Positions 48,150-59,657 of a stretch of 64,000 bases of DNA are shown here, in pieces. The stretch is from Squalus acanthias (Eukaryota). The stretch is from the NCBI GenBank assembly GCA_030390025.1, contig CM059430.1, forward strand, positions 75,702,001 to 75,766,000, given 5' to 3'. The notes under the pieces are model-generated. The model ran no database searches, was not told the DNA's origin, and saw only the letters and a list, made by a program, of their open reading frames with translations. How positions within the stretch are numbered: position 1 is the stretch's first letter; every line of letters starts with the position of its first letter. Both the position numbers and the translations under genes were made by a program.

Positions 48150-51100
48150 CTGGAGTCATTTTGTTGCACCTCGCAGAACCGGGACCAATATCCTCGCAGG
48201 GGGATTTGCTAGTGCTGTTGGGAAGGAATTAAACTAGTTTGTAAAGGGGATGGGAACATAACTGTGGGCCCAGAACAGATAGAAACAAAGCTGGAAGTGC
48301 AAGTTAGAAAACAGTCAGGAAAACTAGTAGGAAGCAGAAACAAAGGCCAACTGTAAAGTAGTACAAAGTGCAGAAAAATATTGAACAGGCAATGTTGAAG
48401 ACATTTTATCTAAATGCACGTAGCATTCGCAATAAGGTGGATGAATTAATGGCACTAATAAAAGTAAATGGGTATGATGTAATTGCCATTACAGAGACAT
48501 GGTTGCAGGGTAACCAAAGCTGGGAACTGAATGTTCAAGGGTACTCAACATTTAGGAAGGACAGACAAAAAGGAAAAGGAGATGGTGTAGTGTTGTTAAT
48601 AAGGGATGAGATCGGTACGGTAGAGATAAAAGATCTTGGCTTGGCAGATCGTGATGTAGAACTGGAATCAGTTTGGGTGGAGCGAAGAAACAGCAAAGGG
48701 TGGAAAACATTGGTGGGATTTGTTTATAGGGCACCAAGCAGTAGTGGTAATGTAGGGCACAGCATCATTCAGGAGATTAGAAGTGCATGTAACAAGGCAA
48801 TACAGTAATCATGGGGAACTTTAATCTACATATTGACTGGGCAAATCAAATTACCACAAATGATGTGGAGGACGAATTCTTGGAATGCATGCGAGATGGT
48901 TTCCTCGATCAGTATGTGGAGGAACCAACCAGGGAGCAGGCTATTCTGGATATGGTAATGTGTAATGAGAAAGGGCTAATCAATAATCTTGTGGTAAAGG
49001 GGCCTTTAGGGACAAGTGGCCATAAAATTATTGAATTTTATATTAAGTTTAAGAGTGATGTAATCCAATCTAAAACTAAGGTCTTCAATTTAAACAGAGG
49101 AAACTACAAGGATATGAGGAACAAGTTGACCATGGTAGATTGGGAGACTGCACTAAAAGATATACAGGTGGACATACTATGGCTAACATTCAAGGAAATA
49201 ATGCATAATTTGCAACAAACATATATTCCTCTAGGATATAAAAACCCAAAACCCAATGTGATCCAACCATGGCTAACAAAGTAAAGTAAAGCCAGTATTA
49301 AATCCAAGGAGGAAGCTTATAAAGTTGCCAGAAAAAGCGGTCAGCCTGAAGATTGGGATCTTTTCAGAATTAGCAAAGGGGGACCAAGAAATTGATAAAG
49401 AAAGAGAAAATGAAATATGTGCCCGAAAATTAGACCTAATACGCGAGAGTACGCACTGTGTACTCTCGCGTTTTATGTCTCCAATTGCCGGTCTCCTGCA
49501 TGCACTGCGCATGCGCGGTAAACCGGCACTTCATGAATTCAAAAGGGGGCGGTTCCTAAGTGAACTGCGTGCGTGCTGCAGGCTGCGCGCACGCAGTGCA
49601 CATAGTTATTTTTGCAGCTATGAACGCGCAGGTAAGCATGGAAGATTTTACACATAAAGAAAGGAGGCGTAAGACCCGTTTTTAACAAGGTAAGTAAAAA
49701 AATTCAACAGGTTTATCTTTTTTAGAGACTTTAAAGAAAGGTAAGTTTATTTTTATAACTTTTAAAAAGATTTTAAATTTTTTCAAAAATTTTATTTTTT
49801 GTTTAAAGTGGTTAATTTATTTAACTATACTTATTTTATTAATGTGATGGCTTTTTTAATTTAATTGAGGTTTAGCTGTTCTTTTGGGTGTGTGGAGTAT
49901 TCATAGCTTTGACAGCCCTTGTTGTTAAAATTATGAATGAAAGATGGTGTGCTGCCATTGGCTCTAACTGAATCACGTGATCCCAGAGCTCGCACGAACT
50001 AATTGCGTCTCTGGGTCACGCGAGCACTGCACAGCTGCATGTGGGACTGGCCTTGAAACTAAAGTTCGTGTGGGCCCGGAGGAAAAAGGTAGGCGCGGAG
50101 TGAGATATGGCGGGGAAACCTAACCCCCGCGTGAACACTCACTGTTAAATTTCTGGGCCATTAGCACAAACTAACGAAAAATATAAAAACGGATTGTAAA
50201 ATCTTCTATCGGTATGTGAAAAGGAAAAGACTGGCGAAGGTAAATGTAGGTCATTTACAGTCAGAGACGGGAGACTTTATAATGGGGAATGAGGAAATGG
50301 CTGAGAAATCAAATACATACTTTGTTTCTGTCTTCATGGAGGAAGACACAAAAAACCTCCTAGAAATACGAGAAAACCAAGTGTGTGGCGAGAATGAGAA
50401 ACTTAAAGAAATTACTATTAGTAAAAAAACATTACTAACAAAATTAATGGGACCAAAAGTCGATAAATCCCAAGGACAGGATGACCTACATCCCAGGGTT
50501 TCAAAAGAGGTAGCCATTGGGATAGTTGACGAATTGCTTGTCATCTTCCAAAATTCAATAGATTTTGGAACGGTACCTGCAGATTGGAGGACAGCAAACG
50601 TAACCCTGTTACTTAAGAAAGGAGGGAGACAGATAAAGGGGAGCTGCAGACCTGTTAGCCTCACATCAGTAGTTGGGAAAATGCTGGAATCTATTATAAA
50701 GTATGCAATAATTGGGCACTTAGAAACTAATAGTAAGATTGGGCAGAGTCAACATTGAGTTATGAAAGGGAAATCCTGTTTGACAAACCTATTGGAGTTC
50801 TTCGAGGATGTAACTAGTAGAGTAGATGTGGTGTATCTGGATTTTCAGTAGGCCTTCGATAAGGTCCCACACAAGATTTGGTGAACAAAATTAGGGCACA
50901 TGGAATTGGGGGTAATATACTAGCATGGATTGAGAATTGGTTAACATGCAGAAAAAAGTGCAGGATAAATGGGTCTTTTTTAGGATGGGTGGCTGTCACC
51001 AATGGGGTACCGCAATGATTGGTGCTTGGGCCCCAGCTATTCACAATCTATATCAATGATTTGGATGAGGGGACTAAATGTAACATTTCCAAAATTGCTG

Positions 51101-52033
51101 ATGACACAAAGCTAGGTGGCAGTGTCAGTTGTGAAGAGGGTGTGAAGAGGCTTCAAGGAGATCTCGACAGGCTCAGTGGATGGGCGAGAACATGGCAAAT
51201 GCAATATAATGTGGATAAATGTGAAGTTATCCACTTTGATAGAAAAAACAGAAAGGCAGAGTATTTCCGAAATGGTGTAAGATTGAGGAATGCATATGCT
51301 CAAAGGGACCTGGGTGTCCTTGTACATGAGTCACTGAAAGTGAATGTGCAGGTGCAGCAAGACTTTAGGAAGGCAAATGGTATGCTGCCCTTCATTACAA
51401 GAGGATTTGAGTACCGAAGTATAGAAGTCTTACTCCAATTATATAGAGCCTTGGTGAGACCACACCTGGTGTATTGTGTACAATTTTGATCTCCTTACCT
51501 AAGGAAGGATATACTTGACATAGAGGGAGTGGAACGAAGGTTCACGAGATTGATTCATGGGATGGCGAGACTGTCGTACGAGAAGAGATTGACTAAACTA
51601 GGCCTGTATTCTCTTTAATTCAGAAGAATGAGAGGGGATCTCATTGAAGCATACAAAATGATTACAGGGCTTGATAGGGTGGATGCTGGGAGAATGTGCC
51701 CCTTGGCTGGGGAGTTTAGAACCAGAGGCCATAGACTCAGGATAAAGTGTGACCCATTCAGGACTGAGATGAGAAGAAATTTCTTCACACAGAGGGTGGT
51801 GAATCTTTTGAATTCTGTATCCCAGAGGGCTGTGGAGGCTCAGTCATTGGGTATATTCAAAACAGAAGTCGATAGAATTGTGACTAGTAAGGGCATCATG
51901 CGATATGGGGATAAGTCCGGTGAATGGAATTGAGGCAGAAGATCAACCGTGATCACATTGAATGGCGGAGCAGGCTGGAAGGGCCGAATGGCCTACTCCT
52001 GCTGCAATTGCTTATCTTCTTATGTTCGTATGT
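48150..52033 (+). mobile_element. CR1-type LINE (ORF1 3' end plus decayed ORF2)
   Basis: YLNARSIRNK, AITETW, DKSQGQDDLHPR, KIADDTKL; CTTATGTTC tail. Confidence 0.93.
49420..50159. mobile_element. Harbinger-type MITE inserted in CR1 ORF2
   Basis: TIR TGCCCGAAAATT / AATTTCTGGGCC; the CR1 sequence resumes after it. Confidence 0.85.
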
Positions 52034-52164
52034 ATCCATATACTAACTAATGCGCAGTATTGTGAGTGAGATTACCAGACTGTCACGGCTGTTTCATATA
52101 CATTGCACTACACAAACATGCAACATAAGTTAGATGGATGCGATTTGATATTCTACAAATTCTA

Positions 52165-52945
52165 GGGCATTAAGATTTCTATGGGCTGCCGCTCATTAGT
52201 CAATCCTAACTGCCAACCAGTGTTCGCCATCATTCCGCTTTGAAACTGACCGCAACTTCTGGATTTGGCAGGTGTGCAGGCGGAAATCCCGAGGTTGCGG
52301 TCAGTCATTGACAGCTCAGACACAGACTACGCTCTGTCCACCCGCTCAATAGAGCCAGCAATCCGTGTAATCAACCAAATCAGGGAAAGTGATCAAAACT
52401 TCAGTTATTCCGCAGAAAGTGCTCTGTTAAATTCCCCACTAAAATTTAAACTCAAAGGGATTAGGTGCAGCTGGGGTTTTAACAGCATTGTCAATGCTAA
52501 AAAAATGTTAAGGGTCCCGAAAACCAGTTTCCGTTTTGTGCAGTATGAAATTTGTCCATTTTAATAAAAAATGAAATTGACAAGAAAATTAAAAAAAATA
52601 TGTTTTAAAGTTTGTCCATCTTTATTTCAGGTTTTTAATTCACCATTTGAGAGCCTCAATCTATGTTTTCCTCCCTCTAACTATTTAAAAAAAATAGAAT
52701 TTTAATAGCTTACTCACTTCCTTGATCGCTGTCTGAGAATTATGTGCTTTGATTGGCTGCTCAGACAGCTAGTTGACCTCACAGCAGTTCGCACAAGGGG
52801 AACCCCACTACAGTTCATTGATTTGAATTGCACTATGGGAACCTCTAAGTTCTCGACACATTGATTGCAATATCCTTGTGTGAAGCGTACTTAGGGGCCA
52901 GCAGCGAACGCCTTCACTTCGCTGCTGAACACGAATTCCGGGAAT
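52165..52945. mobile_element. Older Harbinger-type MITE
   Basis: GC-rich ends, AT-rich core, GAATTCCGG end. Confidence 0.45.
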
Positions 52946-53399
52946 TATTTAGTATTTCTACTAAAGTAAGCACAAATTTCAAAACGGGAGCTGGAACTTC
53001 CGGTTTCATGTAGAGAGAAAGTTAGGTGATTGTAAATGAACGGGTTTTCATCCTAAATTATTTCAAATGTAAGGATATACATACGAGCATTTTAACCTAT
53101 TAAATGCCATAATTGGCCCCATTTTATCCTGTCGTTCTAAAGATACATACAGAAATAGTGCAAAGTGAGAGCAGCACTTACGCAACACACATGGAAACAT
53201 TTTTCAATATCTGTGACAGTAGGTCAGAGGCATCCGAATAACAAGTGACCTGTGGATTGTGAAACAATTTGGTGTTTAAAAGATACCATCAGCTGCAGTG
53301 AATAGTAAAAAAAAATCTGCTTTTACCTCTTGGAACCAGCGTATGTTGCGATATCATGCCAGCATAAACTATAATGTTGTACCCATTAACTGACGCTAA

Positions 53400-53725
53400 C
53401 TAAACTAAGTAACTAAATCCAGAAAACGGGAGTTGACACCCCACATCGATAATTTGAGAATGTGAATTCAGTTTAATAAAACCTGTAAACAAAAAGCTTA
53501 TATTAGCAAAAGTAACCACAAAGCTGTCGGATTGGCGTAAAACTGGTTCACGAATGTCCTTTGTGGTAGTAAACCTGCCGTCCTTACCCGGTCTGGACTA
53601 TATGTGACTCCAATCCCATACTAACTTGGTCGACTCTGAACTTCCAACTGAAGTATCCTTTTAAGTGATGGTCAATAAATGTTGGCCTTGTCAGCGAAGT
53701 CCGCGTCCTGAGAATTAATAAGAAA
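53400..53725 (+). mobile_element. SINE sharing its 3' tail with the 31575/35752 LINE family
   Basis: Tail GTGATGGTCAATAAATGTTGGCCTTGTCAGCGA matches the reverse complement of the LINE 3' ends. Confidence 0.55.
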
Positions 53726-55430
53726 CATGACAGAATTCAAAGACTAGCCGTGCCAGTGTGCGCCACTCACAGATACCTTTTTTTATTATGCAGCAGTTGA
53801 ACACGCAAATTGGCGGGAAATCGGCGTACCCTTCAGTTCCCTCATTTACCCATCATAGCATCCAACTGAACTTGGACAACCCCAATGTCTTGCCCTCCAA
53901 CTCCTTGGTCAGAATATGCCACTTCGCCGCAGCAGCCGGACGACCGAGCAACCATGGAGAAGCTTATTGGAAAATTGTAGGTTATAATGCTCAATTTCAC
54001 AAAGAACCCAAATGGTTTTGTCACTTTTTGCTGCAGCAAAAGTTTAACTTTAAGTATATAAACCTTGCCAGTTGCACGTTATTACCCCAGACTAGTCCTA
54101 CCAGTGGACTACAAGAATGAACTATGATCACTTATTTTTTAGTTAATTGGACTGCTTCTGCCAGTTGGGCACTGAAGGTTTTGGCATTTTATGGCGGCCG
54201 GGAGGCTGTGGGATCATAGTGACTGAATTTGTTTCCAATAATTTAATGGATGGACTTTCGACCGGAGATTCTCGTGCCATCTTGCATTGTTCTGTGCAGG
54301 AAGCACCCAAACACGGTATCTGTCCTAGCATAGAATTATAGAATTATACAGCATAGACGGAGACCTTTCAGTCCATTGCGTCTGTGCTGGATCTTTGGAA
54401 AAGCTATCCAATTGCTTCCACTCACCTGCTCTTCCCCATATCGCTGCAAATGTCTCCTTTTCGAATATATCCAATTACCTTTTTAAAGATAGTATTGAAT
54501 CTGCTTCCACCACCATTTCAGGAAATGCATTCCAGATTATAACAAATCGCTGGATTTTTGATAAGTATCTTAACTCTATGTCCTCTAGTTACTGACCCCA
54601 ATGTCAGTGGAAACAGTTTATTCTGATCTACACTATCAAAACCCCACATGATTATCAACACCTCTATTACATCTCCCATTAACCTTTTCTGCTGTAAGGA
54701 GAACAATCTGATTTTCTCTCCTCTCTCCACATAACTGAAGTCCCTCAACCCTGGTACCATTCTGGTGAATCACCTCTGCACCCTCTCCAATGCCTTGACA
54801 TCCTCCCTAAAGTGTTGGGTCAAAATTGGCCACAATACTCCAGCTGAGGCCTAACCAGTGATTCATGAAGGTTCAGCATCACTTCCTTCCTTCTGTACTC
54901 TATGGCCGGAATGATCCCATTGCTGAGCGTGAGGGTTTGGGGGCGGATCAGCGGTTAAACTCACGGAAATTGACAGCGTGTTGGCAACCCGCCGTCATCC
55001 CGTCGATTTCTTCATTTAACTCGGGTGCGTTTGGAGGTGCGCCACAGACCCGCTCGGGAGAGGAGGGCGACCTCATTCAAGTACTTAAATGCTTGATGAG
55101 AGACCCTTAAGTGTTTTTTTAACAGCAGCTTTTGGCTTTAACTTCAGGAGCTTGGGTTTCATGCACCTCGGTAACCTCGCCTGTGAGGGCAGGTGGAAGC
55201 TCAGTGGCCTTTGTGCGAGTCCATTAATTGAGAGGCTGGAAAAACACATTGCACCTGATTACTTGGCTAATGGAAACGCTCTTCCTGACTCCATTTTGTG
55301 CAGAGCTTTAGCTGTTAGCAGTTTGCAGCTCATTTCTGCAATCTCGGAATTCACTCCTACCACATTGCTAGTCGCTATGATTGAGGGATTGGCCCTTTGA
55401 TCTCCACTTTACCTGCCATCTATTACATCA

Positions 55431-55526
55431 TTGAGAGGTCGCACAACACCAGGTTATAGTCCAACAGTTTTATTTGAAATCACAAGCTTTCGGAGCTATC
55501 GATTGCTCCTTCCTCAGGTGAAGTAA
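55431..55526 (-). ncRNA. 96-bp Penelope-type pLTR insertion containing a minimal hammerhead ribozyme
   Basis: Minus strand TCAC-CTGAGGA-A-GGAGC-AATCGATA-GCTCC-GAAA-GC-TT-GTGA; absent from the paralog; ATTA(C/G)ATCA duplication. Confidence 0.75.
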
Positions 55527-58500
55527 ATTAGATCAGCATGGGTGCCACTTATGCTGTCTCACCTTGGACCTCAGAATCGGAACAAGATGAGCCCCAGCAC
55601 CAACAGCACCAGCAGCAGCAGCAACCACAACACCAGCAGCAGCAGCAGCAACCACAACACCAGCCTTCTCCTCGCCATCCTGATGCTGCACAGGAGGCGG
55701 TCAGCACAGGGCTGCACCACGCCGGAGTCGATGCCCCCAACACAGGGTATAGATGCAGAGTATGAGCTTCCTGGACATGACTGAGCAGCAGTGCTTCAGA
55801 AGGCTCAGGCTATCATGCTAGGTCATCGCAGACTTCTGTAGCTTGCTGGAACAAAACCTGCTGCCCAGAGGACGTGGTGGACGTGCCTTACCAGTGGCTG
55901 TCAAAGTCACCACCGCCCTCAACTTCTTCGCCTCAGGCTCCTTCCAGGGATGTGCAGCAGACATTTGGAGGATCTCGCAGTCGGCAGCCCACAGATGCTT
56001 CACCCAGGTGAATGATGGCCTGTTTGACAAGTCAACCAATTATATCAACTTTGCCACTGATGAAGCTAGTGTTACTGAGCGGGTGCTCGGCTTTGCGGCA
56101 CTGGCTGGCTTCCCACAGGTGCAGGGCATCATGGATTGCACACATGTTGCCTTCAGGGCACCACATCATCACCTAGGAGTCTTTGTCAACCGCAAGGGCT
56201 TCGAGTCCCTCATTGTGCGGCTCGTCTACAAACGTAAAAAGATCATCATGCATGTGTGCACCAGATTCCCTGGCAGCTGTCATGATTCTTTTTTGCTACA
56301 CCAGTCCACCCTCCCTCAGCTCTTCGCACATCCAAAAAGACTTACTGGCTGGCTGCTTGGAGACAAGGGCTATCCACTGAAGACGTGGGCCATGACACCC
56401 TTGAGGAGGCCAAATACTGAGGCAGTGTTATAATGAGAGCCACATGTCCACAAGATGTGTCATAGAGCAAGCAATAGTCTTGCGAAAGATGAACTTCAGT
56501 TACCTTGACTGATGTGGAGGAGCCCTTCAGTACACAGCAGCCAGGGTCTCCAGAATCATCGTTGGTTGCTGTCTGCTGCACCACATAGCACAGCAGCGAG
56601 GACTGGAGCTGCAGAAGGAGCAAGGCACAGAGCGCACAGCATCTTCAGAGGAGGAGGAGCAGGTGGAAGACGAGGAGAAGGAGGTGGAGGAACTTGAGGA
56701 GGAGATGGCACCAGCAGCGGCGCAAATTGCTGCCCGGGAGGCCTGGGATGGTCTCATCATGATCAGATTTAATTAGATTGCTCCAATGTACCAATGTGGC
56801 TGCTACATGCTGTACTAATTCCCCCCATCAACAACACCATATAGCATCCCTACAAAGAACTACCCATTCCTGTCACCCAAACCCCCATTGCTCGAGGTTA
56901 ACTAATGTCTCACCATTCACTCCAAGTGACAAAGCCACTTCACAGGTAGCAGGCAAAAATGGACAAGACCGGAAAGTGGTGCAAAAAACACGTTTGTGCA
57001 TTAAAAAAAATAAAACTTAGCACTAAAATTTTTTCATACACCCATGTGCATACCGTTTGCATCCAGGATTGTGTGTTTATACTTTTCCGAGTGCTTCTAT
57101 GAGGTGCAACCCCTGTGGCTTCAGCAGAGGTAGAGGCAGGCTGCTCACTTCCCTGCTGCGACAGGTTAGACACATTTGGCGGACGTCCTCTGGGTCTTGG
57201 AGCCAGTGAGGTCCCCGCCATACACTGCTCCTCCTGCACCTGGCAGGGGCAGGATCGGCCATCGGAATCCGAGGCAGCATGTGGGGCCCAGAGTGAGGGG
57301 GAGGCAACGGGGAGAAGTGGGAGCGCTTTGAGGAGAGCTCTCACTTCCATGTCCCCTCTCACCAACATCCCTCTCATGGGCCACCCACACTTCCCTACTA
57401 GCAAGGAGCTGGAGAGCATTGTGCTGCACAGCAGTGGGACGATGAACGCTCAAGTCAATGTTTATATCCCTCCTATGGATGAGTCTTATGAGCACCTGCC
57501 CTCTGTTGCCCATAGCGAGCACGTGCTCGTGTGACTGGAACATTTGCTGTGCCGTGCAGGTGGCCTCCCTTTCCATGGAACAGCACATCAGCGCAATCGC
57601 CTGAAACATGGAGGTGCTCATGGTGGAGATGGACTCCTCCATTCTATGCACATTTGCATACACCGCGGCTGCAAAAGCTGCCAGAGCCGCATGCAATTGT
57701 TGCTGCCCCTCCGAGATCACCCTCTTTCTCGATGGCCCCCGAGGTTCAGCATCTGCATCCAGCTCAGCAGAGTTTGGAGCATCCTGCGCCCACCGGCGAG
57801 GAGTCTCCACTGCTGTCCCTGTCAACACCACCTGCACTTGCTCAATTGTGAATCGTGAGACACCAGCTGACAACACTACTCTATCTCGCACAGGACTCAC
57901 CAGGGTTTGTATATCTGCGCTGGTGCTAGCTACGCTTGGGTCTGCTGACGGTGCACCCTCAGATGCTGGAGCTTCCTCTGAGGGGTCATTTTCCTCCTCC
58001 GGTTGTACAGTGGGAGACCTGTGGGAGAGTAAAGAGTGATTAAAGGAGTTATGATAAGAATGGGTAAAGTTGCCATTATGCATATGATGATAATTCACTG
58101 GCTACTGACATCAGTCACCATATGAATGACTGCTGTATGCCATGTGGCTGTATTGGATGTAATTCTGTCACTGGATTGCTGGGATGTCTCCCTCTCTCCA
58201 TCTCACACCGCCAGCATCTCTTCAACTCGAGAGATCTCCAGGAACGACTCATCTGCTGGAGTCAATTGATTGAATATTGGAGGGCCACTCCGATTCTCTG
58301 CCTCATCAAATCATAGAATCATAGAATGGTTACAGCACAGAAGGAGGACATTCGGCCCGTTGAGCCCGTGCCGGCTCTCTGCAAGAGCACTTCAGCTAGT
58401 CCCACTCACCGCCCTTTCCCCGTAACCCATGCATTTTTTTTTCCTTCAGGTATTTATCCAACTCCCTTTTGAAAGCCACGATTGAATTTGCCTCCACCAG

Positions 58501-58720
58501 CCTTCCAGGCAGTGCATTCCAGATCATAACTACTCGCTGTGTAAAAAGTTTTTCCTCATGTCCCCTTTGGTTCTTCTGCCAATCAACTTATAACTGTGTC
58601 CTCTGGTTCTCGTCCCTTTACGCCAATGGGAACAGTTTTTCTCTACTACTCTATCTTGACCCCTCATGATTTTGAATACCTCTTTCAAATCTCCTCTCAA
58701 CCTTCTCTGCTCTAAGAAGA

Positions 58721-59657
58721 TGACACTAAATTGGGAGGCAGTGTGAACAATGAGGAGGATGCTAGGAGGCTACATAGTGACTTGGACAGGTTGGGTGAAT
58801 GGGCAAATGTATGGCAGATGAAGTATAATGTGGGTAAATGTGAGGTTATCCACTTTGGTGGTAAAAATAGAGAGGCGGACTATTACCTGAATGGTGGCAC
58901 ATTAGGGAAAGGGGAGGTGCAACGAGACCTGGGCGTCAATGGTACATCATTCACTGAAGGTGGGAATGCAAGTGCAGCAGGCAGTCAAGAAAGCAAACGG
59001 AATGATGGCCTTCATAGCAAGGGGATTTGAGTACAGGAGTAGGGAGGTGATGCTGCAGTTGTACAGGCCCTTGGTGAGGCCACACCTGGAGTATTGTGCG
59101 CAGTTTTGGTCTCCTAATTTGAGGAAGGACATTCTTGCTATTGAGGGAGTGCAGCGAAGGTTCACTAGATTGATTCCTGGGATGGCCGGACTGACATATC
59201 AAGAAAGATTGGGTCAACTGAACTTGTATCCTCTGGAGTTCAGAAGAATGAGGGGGGATCTTATAGAGAGATTTAAAATCCTGACTGGTTTAGACAAATT
59301 AGATGCGGGCAGAATGTTCCCAATGTTAGGGAACACTAGAACCAGGGGTCACAGTCTAAGGATTAAGGGGAAGCCATTTAAGACTGAGCTGAGGAGGAAC
59401 TTCTTCACCCAGAGAGTGGTGAATCTATGGAATTCTCTTCCACAGAAGGTTGCTGAGGCCAGTTCGCTAAATATATTCAAAAGGGAGTTAGATATAACAC
59501 TCAAAACTAGAGGGATCAAGGGGTATGGCGAGAAAGCAGGAATGGGGTACTGAGGTAGCATGTTCAGCCATGAACGCATTGAATGGCGGTGCAGGCTCGA
59601 AGGACCGAATGGTCTACTCCTGTACTTATTTTCTATGTTTCTATGTCTATGTTTCTA
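58721..59657 (+). mobile_element. Young 5'-truncated CR1 insertion specific to duplication copy 2
   Basis: Empty site at ~1921; nearly open ORF2 end; TTTCTATG tail. Confidence 0.92.

Noticed and set aside
55843-56433. Host HARBI1 gene
   Set aside because: Contains stops and frameshifts, has a convergent Myb partner and several decayed relatives in the window, so it is a transposon copy
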